Shown here in pieces: positions 28,415 to 37,879 of a DNA stretch of 64,000 nucleotides; within the stretch, counting starts at the first letter, position 1; every line of letters begins with the position of its first letter. A program made the translations under genes and the position numbers. Source of the stretch: Pseudomonadota bacterium (GTDB taxonomy: Bacteria; Pseudomonadota; Gammaproteobacteria; Xanthomonadales; SZUA-38); the NCBI GenBank assembly GCA_038747195.1, contig JBCDKA010000003.1, positions 20,726 through 84,725 on the forward strand, in the 5' to 3' direction. The notes beneath the pieces are model-generated. The model ran no database searches. It was not told the DNA's origin and worked only from the letters and a program-made list of their open reading frames with translations.

Positions 28415-29134
28415 TCAGCCGTTGACGGGCCGGCGGAAAATCATGAAGTGCTGTTGGGGCAAGAGTGACAGCGTACGTTCCCAGGTCAGTCCGATCGCCG
28501 CCATCTCTTTTTTTGCCTGTTGCTCCGTCATCTTGTGCAGACGTTTAATGGGCACTCTCGGATCTTCCCCCCGGTATTCGATCAGCACCAGTTGCCCTCC
28601 GGGTTTGAGTGAGCGCGCCAGACCAAGCCCCATTTCGCGTGGATAAGAAAACTCGTGGTAAGCGTCCACAATGAGGATTAGATCAACCGCGGCTTCCGGC
28701 AACCCCGGGTCGCGCTCGGTACCGAGCACCGTGTCGATGTTGTTCACCGCGGCGGTACGCTTACGTTGCTCGATTATCGCCAGCATCTCGGGCTGGATAT
28801 CCACCGCCAAAACCTTGCCTTCCGGCACGCGAGCTGCCATCGGGAAGGAGAAATACCCGGTGCCTGCGCCGATGTCGGCAATGATGTCATCGGGCTCCAG
28901 CGGCAGGTTCTGAACCAGCAGGTCGGTTCGCTCCTCGCGCACCCGCTCCGGTCGCTCCAGCCAGCGCGCCCCGAGGTGCCCCATGACGTGAGAGATTTCC
29001 CGGCCCATATAAATCTTGCCAATACCGTCGCGATTGGGTGAGCGCTGCTGATAAACGTCCCCACTTTCTTCGGCGGCACAGCCGGCACAAAACAGGAGCA
29101 GCAAAAGGGGAAACAGGGGGAATCTAAGCGTCAT
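28415..29134 (-). CDS. Class I SAM-dependent methyltransferase with lipoprotein-like signal/anchor
   Basis: IADIGAGTGYFSFPMA motif I and LILIVDAYHEF. N-terminus MTLRFPLFPLLLLLFCAGCAAE chosen from ATG 29134. Confidence 0.75.
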   Translation of the reverse strand: MTLRFPLFPLLLLLFCAGCAAEESGDVYQQRSPNRDGIGKIYMGREISHVMGHLGARWLERPERVREERTDLLVQNLPLEPDDIIADIGAGTGYFSFPMAARVPEGKVLAVDIQPEMLAIIEQRKRTAAVNNIDTVLGTERDPGLPEAAVDLILIVDAYHEFSYPREMGLGLARSLKPGGQLVLIEYRGEDPRVPIKRLHKMTEQQAKKEMAAIGLTWERTLSLLPQQHFMIFRRPVNG

Positions 29135-29315
29135 CGCCGTGCCTGGATTAGCTAAAACCACATGATTTCGTGCTGACCGTGAAGGTCATGTCGCCAAAAT
29201 CCCGAACTCTGGTTTCAGATAATTCGTCGCTCGATTGTCGATTTCTTCTGGACAGCCTACCGAGTTAGGTTGCTATTATTGCGGGGTTTAATCCCGATAG
29301 ATCAAAAGGGGCTCC

Positions 29316-31292
29316 ATGCTCACTCGTTGTCTGTTTTCTGCACTGTTACTCACCTGGTCGTTGGTGGGTGTCGCCAACCCAATTTCACTGGAAGATTTCG
29401 TCCGTCCTGCGGAATACCGATCGCTGCGCATATCGCCGGACGGTAGCTATCTTGCGGCTCTGGTTCCTGCAGGCAACCAGAACGCGCTGGTGGTCATCGA
29501 CCGGCAAAAAATGGCCGTGGTCTCCTCGATCCGGATGGATTTAGGACAGCAGGTTGGCCAGTTCTACTGGGCCAGCAATGACCGCGTGCTGGCGAAAGTC
29601 CTGTCGCTACAGTCAGACAACGACCGCGTGGCGGACTTCGGTGAGCTCTTCGCCATGGACGCGGATGGCGGTCGACGAAAGCTGGTCTTCGGGTATCGGG
29701 TCGGCGAAATGGGCACAGGCAGTAAGATCCGGAAAGCAGACGGCGAGCGCGCCTGGGGCGGCGTCCTGCATCCGTTGCCGGACGACAAAAAGCATGCGCT
29801 CATCATTTCCTATCCGTTTGCCAACCAGATGGCCGCGATACCGACGGTTTACCAGCTGAACATTGTCAACGGGACCAAACGCGCGGTGACCCGCCTGCCG
29901 GTGCCACAGGCACGGGCCGTCACCAACGCGAAGATGAGCCACTGGGCGTCGTTTGGCAGTGATCCGGAGGGCCGCGCGGTGCTGCACGTCCGGGGCAAAA
30001 AATCCGGCGATTGGCGCCTTCTGATGCAGGCCGAAAGTCTCGAGCAGCACCTTCGGGCTGTGAGCGTCAGTGCAGACGGCAGCAGCGTGCTGGCGCTGAC
30101 GAACGTGGGCTTCGATACCATCTCCCTCGTCCGTATCGATATGGAAAGCGGCGCGGTAGAGCCGATCATTGCCGATCCCGACTACGATGCGGGCCGGGTG
30201 GTGATGGGCAGCGATCAGTTCACCGTGCTCGGCGTTTGTTTTGAGGCAGCGATGCCGAAGTGCACCTATCTCGATCCGGATCACCCCGAAAGCCAGACCC
30301 TTGCGAAGGTTCAGGCGGCTTTTACTGAGCAGTTCATGACCGTCGCGAGCTGGACGCGAGATGGGGAAGAGGCCGTGCTCTGGGTCACCGCCGATAGGAA
30401 CCCCGGCGATTACTTTATGCTGCAGACCGACAAGCTGAAGGTTGATTACCTTCTGAGCTCTCGGCAATGGCTTGAACCCAGCGACCTCGCTCCGATGCAA
30501 CCGATTACGTTTGCGGCTCGGGACGGACAGGAGATTCAGGGCTATCTCACCCGGCCGATCGGAGCCCTGGGGCCCCTGCCTACGGTCGTGCAGGTACATG
30601 GTGGGCCCCATGGCCCCCGAGACAACTGGCGCTACCAGCCCGAGGTGCAGCTGCTGGCCAATCGGGGTTTCCAGGTGCTGCAGGTCAACTATCGCGGGTC
30701 GGGGGGCTACGGCCTGGCGTTCGAACGAGCAGGGCATCGTCGTTGGGGAACGGCAATTCAAAACGACATTACTGACGGCGTGCGCTGGGCCATTGACCAG
30801 GCCCTTGTGGACCCTAAGCGCGTTTGTATCTCGGGTGGCAGTTTTGGCGGCTATTCGGCTCTGATGAGCGTAGCCCGGGAGCCGGACCTCTATCAATGTG
30901 CGGTCGGCCACGTCGGCGTCTACGACATGGCGTTGATGTTTCGCTCGGGGGACATTCCGGATGTTCGCGGGGGCGTTGAATACCTGAAACTCGCATTAGG
31001 CACGGACCCGGAGCTTCATTACGAGCAGTCTCCGGTGAATCACGTCGCGGCGATCAAGGCGGCGCTGATGATTTCCTACGGCAAACGGGACGAACGAGCT
31101 CCACCCATTCAGTCGACGCGCCTGGTGGAGGCGTTAACCGAGGCCGACAGGCCGTTCTCGCTGGTCGTGGAACGGCGTGAGGGGCATGGGTTTGTTAATC
31201 CCGCAACCCGGCGCGACTTTTTTCAGGCCAAGCTGGATTTCTTCAACCGTCATATCGGCCCCGCCGTGGCAACGGAGGTGGCGGGCCCCTAA
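29316..31292 (+). CDS. S9 family serine peptidase (prolyl oligopeptidase / dipeptidyl-aminopeptidase-like), secreted
   Basis: Signal peptide and N-terminal propeller region. GGSFGGYSAL nucleophile elbow. Later GKRDERAP (Asp) and EGHGF (His). Confidence 0.85.
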   Translation: MLTRCLFSALLLTWSLVGVANPISLEDFVRPAEYRSLRISPDGSYLAALVPAGNQNALVVIDRQKMAVVSSIRMDLGQQVGQFYWASNDRVLAKVLSLQSDNDRVADFGELFAMDADGGRRKLVFGYRVGEMGTGSKIRKADGERAWGGVLHPLPDDKKHALIISYPFANQMAAIPTVYQLNIVNGTKRAVTRLPVPQARAVTNAKMSHWASFGSDPEGRAVLHVRGKKSGDWRLLMQAESLEQHLRAVSVSADGSSVLALTNVGFDTISLVRIDMESGAVEPIIADPDYDAGRVVMGSDQFTVLGVCFEAAMPKCTYLDPDHPESQTLAKVQAAFTEQFMTVASWTRDGEEAVLWVTADRNPGDYFMLQTDKLKVDYLLSSRQWLEPSDLAPMQPITFAARDGQEIQGYLTRPIGALGPLPTVVQVHGGPHGPRDNWRYQPEVQLLANRGFQVLQVNYRGSGGYGLAFERAGHRRWGTAIQNDITDGVRWAIDQALVDPKRVCISGGSFGGYSALMSVAREPDLYQCAVGHVGVYDMALMFRSGDIPDVRGGVEYLKLALGTDPELHYEQSPVNHVAAIKAALMISYGKRDERAPPIQSTRLVEALTEADRPFSLVVERREGHGFVNPATRRDFFQAKLDFFNRHIGPAVATEVAGP

Positions 31293-31367
31293 CGAAAGTC
31301 TGACGCTGCCTGTGAGCGCCTAATCGGCAGATTGCATTCGACGTCATGCAGCAGGCCTATCACGCCC

Positions 31368-31382
31368 ATAGATATAAACTAT
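31368..31382. promoter_or_regulatory. LysR/OxyR-type box ATAG-N7-CTAT upstream of the peroxiredoxin gene
   Basis: ATAGATATAAACTAT read directly, about 105 bp upstream of ATG 31487. Followed by the imperfect palindrome TCAATCGAAAACGTCGAATTGA. The OxyR assignment is inference. Confidence 0.3.
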
Positions 31383-31486
31383 TTCAATCGAAAACGTCGA
31401 ATTGATAGCTTACCGCGGTTAATCTGCTGGCCGCCGCCAGCGCCCTTAATTCGCTCTTTATCACCACACTTCAGGAGAGATCCCAG

Positions 31487-32056
31487 ATGACCCCCGAGAA
31501 GGTCCCAAGCGTAGTATTCAAAACCCGTGTTCGCGACGAGTCCATCGGCGGAGACAATCCGTTCAAGTGGCAGGACACGACGTCAGACGACATCTTTGCC
31601 GGCAAAAAAGTCATCATTTTTGCGCTGCCTGGAGCCTTCACCCCAACGTGTTCCTCAACGCACCTGCCGCGCTACGAAGAGCTGTACGACCAGTTTGCTG
31701 GGCAGGGCGTGGACGAAATTTACTGCCTGTCAGTGAATGACGCGTTTGTGATGTTCCAGTGGGGCAAGCACATCGGCGCGAACAAGGTAAAAATGCTGCC
31801 GGACGGCAGCGGAGAGTTCACCCGCAAAATGGGCATGCTGGTCGATAAGGACAACCTGGGTTTTGGCATGCGTTCCTGGCGCTATTCGATGCTGGTGAAC
31901 GACAGCACGATCGAGAAGGTGTTTGTCGAGCCAGATTTCGGCGACAACTGCCCGACCGACCCGTTTGAGGTCTCCGACGCCGACACCATGCTGTCATGGA
32001 TGAAGGGTGAGGCCGCGCCCGCTGACAAGCCTGAGCGCAACGCCTTTGTAGGCTAA
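31487..32056 (+). CDS. Prx5-type (atypical 2-Cys / glutathione-dependent) peroxiredoxin
   Basis: VIIFALPGAFTPTCSSTHLP peroxidatic Cys motif, 189 aa. AGGAGA SD upstream. Confidence 0.9.
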   Translation: MTPEKVPSVVFKTRVRDESIGGDNPFKWQDTTSDDIFAGKKVIIFALPGAFTPTCSSTHLPRYEELYDQFAGQGVDEIYCLSVNDAFVMFQWGKHIGANKVKMLPDGSGEFTRKMGMLVDKDNLGFGMRSWRYSMLVNDSTIEKVFVEPDFGDNCPTDPFEVSDADTMLSWMKGEAAPADKPERNAFVG

Positions 32057-32083
32057 GCCGCCGCAGCTTGCGACGTTTTTAAG

Positions 32084-32115
32084 GCCGCGTCCCGGGAGGG
32101 GCGCGGCTTTTTTTT
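32084..32115 (+). terminator. Rho-independent terminator of the peroxiredoxin gene
   Basis: 10-bp stem GCCGCGTCCC / GGGGCGCGGC (one G-U pair), GGGA loop, followed by T8 (32108-32115). Confidence 0.85.
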
Positions 32116-32221
32116 GGGTGCCCATTTCGGCGGCGCCATCACTGCAACGGTTCGGAAAGCAGCGCCAGAACCAGGGTTTTGTATATGTTGGGGCGCACAG
32201 CGAACACGCTAAGCTGCGCTA

Positions 32222-32728
32222 ATGATTCGAGACGCAACAGAAGCTGACGCGCCGTCGCTGTGTGAGATTTACAACCACTACATTGCACACAGCCTGGCGA
32301 CCTTCGAAACCGAGCCGCTGGCGAGCGGCGAGATGGCGCGCCGGATCGCGGCGACCACGGCTGATTTTCCCTGGCTGCTGGGGGAAAGCAACGAGCGCAT
32401 CGTTGGCTACGCATACGCAACCCGCTGGAAACCTCGGCAGGCCTATCAATATACCGTCGAGAGCACCGTGTATCTTTCGCCCGAGGCCGCGGGGCAGGGT
32501 ATGGGCACGCGGCTGATGCAGGCCTTACTCCAGCGCCTGGCAGCGCAGGGCGTGCACGCGGTTCTTGCGGGAATTGCGCTGCCCAACGATCCCAGCATCG
32601 CACTGCACGAAAAGCTTGGCTTCGCGAAGGTCGCCCATTTTCGTCAGACCGGTCGGAAGTTCGATCAGTGGGTGGACGTTGGCTACTGGGAGAAGACCCT
32701 GGCAGAGGCGTCTGAAGCCGCGACGTAG
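32222..32728 (+). CDS. GNAT N-acetyltransferase (phosphinothricin / methionine-sulfoximine acetyltransferase-like)
   Basis: MIRDATEADAPSLCEIYNHYI, ATFETEP, GYAYA and GQGMGTRLMQALL are typical of the PAT/MddA subfamily. Confidence 0.85.
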   Translation: MIRDATEADAPSLCEIYNHYIAHSLATFETEPLASGEMARRIAATTADFPWLLGESNERIVGYAYATRWKPRQAYQYTVESTVYLSPEAAGQGMGTRLMQALLQRLAAQGVHAVLAGIALPNDPSIALHEKLGFAKVAHFRQTGRKFDQWVDVGYWEKTLAEASEAAT

Positions 32729-32789
32729 GGGTACTAAGGCTGCCCAATCCGCCTTGTCAATAATAATAGACAGCAAGTGTCACCTCTGC

Positions 32790-34235
32790 TTGACGTTCGC
32801 GCGCTCGTCGGCAAAACTAAAACGCGTTGCGCTGGGACTCGACGACACCTTGCTGCCAGCTTTTCTGAAAAAGACCTTCTGGATTCTGCGCCTGGCCCTG
32901 CCCAAGGTCGCGGTCGGCTGGATGTTTGCGCTGCTGACCGTCGACTTCAACCGAGTTGCGGTGGTGGAGCTGGGTGTGGCCGCGGTGTTGGTCAGCAGCT
33001 TGCTAGCCATTCACTATCTGCTGGCCCCTTTTCAGGTCATAGTCGGACGGATTGCGGACTGTCACCCGGTGCTCGGCTATCGGCGTTCCCCCTACCTGCT
33101 GGCTGCCAGCACCGTGGCCAGCCTGGCGTTCCTGGCGCTCCCCCAAACGGCGCAGGCGATGGGGCAGGGTTCGACGCTGGCTGCGGTTGCTGCGGTGCTC
33201 CTGTTTACGGTTTTTGGTCTTTGTATGGCGGTGATCGCCGACAGCTATCATTCGATGATCGCTGAGGTCACGACGAAAAAGTCCCGACCGCTGGTGATTT
33301 CTGTGGTCTGGATTGTCATGATCTTCAGCACCATCGCCGCAGCGGTGCTGATGAATGTGGTCCGGCCTGAATACACGCCGGAAGCGATGCAGCGGCTTTA
33401 TAACCTGACGCCGCTGATTGTCATCGGTTCGGTTTTGCTGGGCATCATCGGCGTGGAGCGACGCATGAGCCCGGAAGAACTCGCGGCCGCCCGCGAGCAG
33501 GCCAGGGCGTTGGCGCCGCCGGGCAATCCGCTGGCTTCGGCCGTTCGACTGCTGCGTGCCAACGAGCACGCGCGACGGTTCTTTCTGTTTATCGGCCTGG
33601 CGATCTTCGGCATCTTCCTTCAGGAGGGGGTCATCGAAATCTTTGGCGCCGAAATTTTTGGCCTCGGCGTGCGCCAGACCACCCGTTTCCAGCAGTTCTG
33701 GGGTATGGGAATCCTGCTGGGGATGCTCATTGTTGGGGTTGTGGGGGCGTCGCTCTCGATTCCCCGGCAGCGGCTTACCACCTTCGGCTGTATGGGTGCG
33801 GCCGCGGCCTTTGTTTTCCTGGGCCTGATCGCTCTCCTGCAGCTTGATCGCGCGCTGCTGCCAACGCTGATTGTGCTCGGCTTTTTTGCCGGCGTGTTCA
33901 ACGTGGGAGCGCTGTCGCTGATGATGGAAATGACCATCAAAGGGGCAACCGGCATGTATATGGGGCTCTGGGGCGTGGCTCAGGCCGCCGGCATGGGCTT
34001 TTCATCGATCGGTGCCGGCGCGCTCCACACCAGCCTGATAGACAGCGGCCTGCTGGCCCCTGGCCTCGCCTACTGGCTGATCTTCACCAGCGAGGCGGTG
34101 TTCCTGCTCGCCGCGTGGCGGGTGCTGAGCGGCGTCAACGTCGAGCAGTTTCAGCAGCAGGCTCTGGTAGCGGTCGGCCAGCCGCAGCCGAGGCCAGAGT
34201 CTGTTCCGGTTGCTGTCGCCACGGCGTCGCGCTAG
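32790..34235 (+). CDS. BCD-family MFS transporter (PucC/LhaA-like)
   Basis: ILRLALPKVAVGWMFALLTVDFNRVAVVELGVAAVLVSSLLAIHYLLAPFQVIVGRIADCHPVLGYRRSPYL parallels the conserved PucC N-terminal block. 12 TM. Start uncertain (TTG 32790 or 32850; the ORF-track start 32565 overlaps the GNAT gene). Confidence 0.7.
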   Translation: MTFARSSAKLKRVALGLDDTLLPAFLKKTFWILRLALPKVAVGWMFALLTVDFNRVAVVELGVAAVLVSSLLAIHYLLAPFQVIVGRIADCHPVLGYRRSPYLLAASTVASLAFLALPQTAQAMGQGSTLAAVAAVLLFTVFGLCMAVIADSYHSMIAEVTTKKSRPLVISVVWIVMIFSTIAAAVLMNVVRPEYTPEAMQRLYNLTPLIVIGSVLLGIIGVERRMSPEELAAAREQARALAPPGNPLASAVRLLRANEHARRFFLFIGLAIFGIFLQEGVIEIFGAEIFGLGVRQTTRFQQFWGMGILLGMLIVGVVGASLSIPRQRLTTFGCMGAAAAFVFLGLIALLQLDRALLPTLIVLGFFAGVFNVGALSLMMEMTIKGATGMYMGLWGVAQAAGMGFSSIGAGALHTSLIDSGLLAPGLAYWLIFTSEAVFLLAAWRVLSGVNVEQFQQQALVAVGQPQPRPESVPVAVATASR

Positions 34236-34336
34236 CCCACCTTGACGGTTCCTGCGGGCGGGCCAGGCTGCTGATCCTGCCTTCCATCGCCCGAGTCTTC
34301 CCTCATTTTTAGTTAAGACCCAACGTCCCAATTGTT

Positions 34337-35143
34337 ATGACCGAGCCTCCCCTGGACTTTCGCTTCGACGAACGTGTCGCCAAAACGTACGACACCGTGC
34401 GCGCCCATCCGCCTGAGGTATCGCGGCGGGTTGGGGAGGTGCTGGCCGGCATTGTCGGCCCGGGTGGCCGGATTTTTGAGCCAGGCGTTGGTACCGGGCG
34501 GATTGCACTCCCGCTGGTTGCGGCTGGCTGTGACGTCGTGGGGGCTGATCTGTCCATGGAGATGCTGTCGGCCATGGAGGAAGTGCGCGGCACAGCCGCG
34601 GGCCGGCTGGAGCGGGTGCAGTGTGATCTCAATGCGCTGCCGTTCAGGCCGGCCGTGTTCGACGGCGTCCTCTGTGTGCACGTGCTGCACCTCATCGACG
34701 ACTGGGCGTCGCTGTTGAGTTCCCTGGTTGCGATGCTGAAGCCCGGAGGCGTGTTAATCCTGGGGCGGGACTGGATCGATCCCGCATCCTTTGCCGGCAT
34801 GATTCGTAACGAGTTTCGTCGCTCGGTCGTTGAGCTCAGCACCACCATCGAGTCGCCGCCCGGCGCTCGGGCGTTTGTTCAGGCGCTGGCCGAGCAGGGT
34901 GTTCACCCCGAGGGTGAGCAGCCGGAACAGACGGCAGCACAGTGGGAGGCAACGCTCGCACCCGCGCAGCTGCTGGATCAGATTCGTACGCGCGATGACG
35001 CGGAAAGCTGGGTGCTACCCGATGAGCTGCTCGGCAGAGTGATGGAGCGGCTGGATCGCTTTGCGCAGGCCCAATGGCCTTCGCTCACCGCTCCACAGGC
35101 AGTGACTCGGCGTTTTGTGTACTCGTTGATGCGAAAGCAGTGA
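34337..35143 (+). CDS. Class I SAM-dependent methyltransferase
   Basis: RIFEPGVGTGRIALPL motif I, DLNALPF and VLCVHVLHLI. Confidence 0.78.
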   Translation: MTEPPLDFRFDERVAKTYDTVRAHPPEVSRRVGEVLAGIVGPGGRIFEPGVGTGRIALPLVAAGCDVVGADLSMEMLSAMEEVRGTAAGRLERVQCDLNALPFRPAVFDGVLCVHVLHLIDDWASLLSSLVAMLKPGGVLILGRDWIDPASFAGMIRNEFRRSVVELSTTIESPPGARAFVQALAEQGVHPEGEQPEQTAAQWEATLAPAQLLDQIRTRDDAESWVLPDELLGRVMERLDRFAQAQWPSLTAPQAVTRRFVYSLMRKQ

Positions 35144-35149
35144 CCGAGA

Positions 35150-37684
35150 TCAGAACTGGAACCTGACCCGTACGCCGAAGCTGCGCGGCTCCGGCAGATG
35201 CAGCAGGTAACCACGCCCCGGTGCAAAGCCGTCAGGATTGCCCAGGTCCACCACCCGCTGACCGTTGATCACCGTGTCGTCGTCCAGCGCATTGTCCACA
35301 TAAGCTGTGACCTGATACCGGTCGTTGCTTAAGCCCAGGGCCAGGTTGAGGCGGGTGTACTCTGGCAGAAACGCCAGGTTCGCCTCGTCCATAAAACGTT
35401 TGGACCGGTAAATCGCTGTTGCGGCGGCAAACCAGTCGAAGCTCGTGCCGGGTATTTCGTTGCGGTAGTCGGCCATCACGTTCAGCGCGTGGTTGGGGTT
35501 CTTGCCAACTCGATTGCCCGAGAAGTCGGCCTCAATATTTCCTGACTCGGTTCGATTCAAGGCGGTGGACCGTTCTTCACCCACAATAAACTCATCAAAG
35601 GTGGCGTTGGTATAGGCGTACCCGGTGGCTACCCGCAGATTGTCTGTAGCCTGCCAGGTTGCGTCCAGCTCCAGACCGTAGACCTCCACTCGGCCGGCGT
35701 TGGTGATCCCGGGGATGGGGGTAATGCTGCCGGCCGGCTGCTGCTGAATACCGATCTGCTGGTCGCGGTAATCGTTGTAGTACAGCGCCCAGTTCAGGCG
35801 TACCTGCTGTTCAAGCCAGTCGGTTTTGCCCCCGATTTCGTAGGTCGTAACCCGCTCCTCGTTGTATCTCTGGCCTTCCAGCGAAACGGCCTCATTAGCG
35901 GCAAAGCCGCCGGGCTTGAAGCCGGTGGTGACTGACGCGTAGTACAGCGAGTTGCCGCCGGGACGATATTCCACGGCCACACGAGGCGTAAACACGTTGC
36001 TTTCCACGCTGTCGCTGACGCTGCAGTCGAACGCGACATTCGGGTAGCGCTGTGACTGAGGAACGTCCCGCGTATCGTTCTCAACGGGACAGATCGGCAC
36101 CGGCACCTGCTGGAGCAGGCTCACCTGCTGACGGCTCCAGGTGGGCACGCGGTAATCGATGTTATCGACCGAGTAGCGGCCAGCTCCGGTCACGGTCCAA
36201 CGATCGTTGATGTCGTAGGCCAGCGAAAAGAAGGCTGAATAGTGCTCGGTGTCCCGGTTTTGCTCATTGCGCGGCTTCACTCCCGGATTAGGTTCGGTTG
36301 CGAGGCCAAACGGGGGGCCGCCGAGGAGCGAATTCGGATTGCGCAGCCAGAACTGGGCGCCGTTGAACAGCGTGGCGTCCTCGAGATAGGTCATGCCGCC
36401 GACAATCCAGCTCATCCGGTCGGTCTGACCGGCGAACCGCAGCTCGTGCGACTGATGCTCGAACTGATAGTCCAGGATGTTGATCGTAGAGATCGAAAAG
36501 GCAAACGGATCGTCTACGGCAAAGTCCGTGTAGTCCGCGTCCGCTCGGTCCGTGCTGTCGTTCTGCAGAAAGCCGCCGAGATACGTCAGCGTGCCGAAGT
36601 CGGTCTGGTAATCCACCTGCAGCGTGCCGAAGCGCTGGATCTGGGCCATGCCGTCAAACGGCTGACCGGTCGTCGGATCGAGCGAATAATCGATGTCACT
36701 TTCCCGGGCGCTCAGCTCGCCGATGACAACCCCCCGGGTGCAGGCAAACTGCACCTGCGGCGGAACCGTGGAAAGATCCCCCGGGCAGGGCAGTCTCGGA
36801 GAGCCGGGTGGTCCTGCGGCAAACGTGCCGCCGGGGACCGGCAGTCGGTCGTCATAGGTCACCAGCGCTGAAGCCGGCTGACTGTAGTTTTCGTCGCTGA
36901 ACTGAAATCGAGCGTACGCCTGAAGTTGCTCTCTCGGCTTCCACAGCACGCCCAGCGAACCGGACAGGTTGTCTTGCGCGCCCAGCTCTTCGCCGGTGTT
37001 GGGATTGTTGTAAAAGCCGTCGAGGCTGTGATCACTGACCGCAGCGCGGAAGGCTAGCACGTTGTCGATGAGTGGCCCGGTGACGCCGAATTCGCCGGTC
37101 TGGCGATTGCCGTTGCCCACGTCCAGGCCCGCAAAGGTTCCCCACTCGAACTCGGGTCGTTTGGTGATGATGTTGATGGCGCCGCCGAAAGCGTTGCGGC
37201 CGTAGAGCAGCGTCTGTGGCCCCTTCACGACCTCGATGCGCTCAACGTCCAGCAGTCGCGTGCTCAGCATGCTGGAACCGCCGGGAATACTGAGGTTTTC
37301 GCTGGACGCGTCAACGTGGTCAATCAAGACGGCAACGCTTGGTCGGCCGCGCTCGTTTTGCATGCCGCGCATGGCGGGCCGCGTGTCCTGGACAAACGCG
37401 CCGATGTCGTAGGTGAGCCCCGGAATGAGGAGGTTGGCATCGCTGACGTTGTCGAACCCCTGAATGTCGAGGCGCTCTCGGGTCAGGACCTGAAAGGCCA
37501 TCGGCACCTCCTGGTGCTTTTCGTGGATCTTTCTGGCGGTTACGACAATCTGCTCCAACACAATCTTGTCATCGCTGAACGCCTCGACGGTATGCGCGTC
37601 AACACTGCCTGACATGCCGAGAGCGACCGCAGTCGAAAGCGTCATCAGGTTGATTAGATTGAGTTTTTTTCCTGGATTTTTCAT
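35150..37684 (-). CDS. TonB-dependent outer-membrane receptor
   Basis: Signal peptide from ATG 37684. Plug domain (IVVTARK, ERIEVVKGPQTLLYGRNAFGGAINIITK). C-terminal RSFGVRVRFQF with terminal Phe. Confidence 0.9.
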   Translation of the reverse strand: MKNPGKKLNLINLMTLSTAVALGMSGSVDAHTVEAFSDDKIVLEQIVVTARKIHEKHQEVPMAFQVLTRERLDIQGFDNVSDANLLIPGLTYDIGAFVQDTRPAMRGMQNERGRPSVAVLIDHVDASSENLSIPGGSSMLSTRLLDVERIEVVKGPQTLLYGRNAFGGAINIITKRPEFEWGTFAGLDVGNGNRQTGEFGVTGPLIDNVLAFRAAVSDHSLDGFYNNPNTGEELGAQDNLSGSLGVLWKPREQLQAYARFQFSDENYSQPASALVTYDDRLPVPGGTFAAGPPGSPRLPCPGDLSTVPPQVQFACTRGVVIGELSARESDIDYSLDPTTGQPFDGMAQIQRFGTLQVDYQTDFGTLTYLGGFLQNDSTDRADADYTDFAVDDPFAFSISTINILDYQFEHQSHELRFAGQTDRMSWIVGGMTYLEDATLFNGAQFWLRNPNSLLGGPPFGLATEPNPGVKPRNEQNRDTEHYSAFFSLAYDINDRWTVTGAGRYSVDNIDYRVPTWSRQQVSLLQQVPVPICPVENDTRDVPQSQRYPNVAFDCSVSDSVESNVFTPRVAVEYRPGGNSLYYASVTTGFKPGGFAANEAVSLEGQRYNEERVTTYEIGGKTDWLEQQVRLNWALYYNDYRDQQIGIQQQPAGSITPIPGITNAGRVEVYGLELDATWQATDNLRVATGYAYTNATFDEFIVGEERSTALNRTESGNIEADFSGNRVGKNPNHALNVMADYRNEIPGTSFDWFAAATAIYRSKRFMDEANLAFLPEYTRLNLALGLSNDRYQVTAYVDNALDDDTVINGQRVVDLGNPDGFAPGRGYLLHLPEPRSFGVRVRFQF

Positions 37685-37879
37685 CGAAAGGCGGCCCCTG
37701 ATTGAGTCACTTGCGCACGAATAAGGCGTAAGGATACTGACTGTCACAATAAATTGACACACCACAAAGGATGAAAGTGTTGACACAATCCGTCGATACG
37801 TATTTCTACCCAGAATCAGCGTTGACTCAGTACCTCCCGATTTTTACCAAGCTCTGAACTACGGTTCCTGTGACCGTCT

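Noticed and set aside
32565-32789. ORF-track start of the BCD/PucC-like gene overlapping the GNAT gene by about 160 nt
   Set aside because: The overlapping part has no family similarity and is Arg/Ser-rich. The conserved PucC block begins after about 32850, so a downstream TTG start is more likely.
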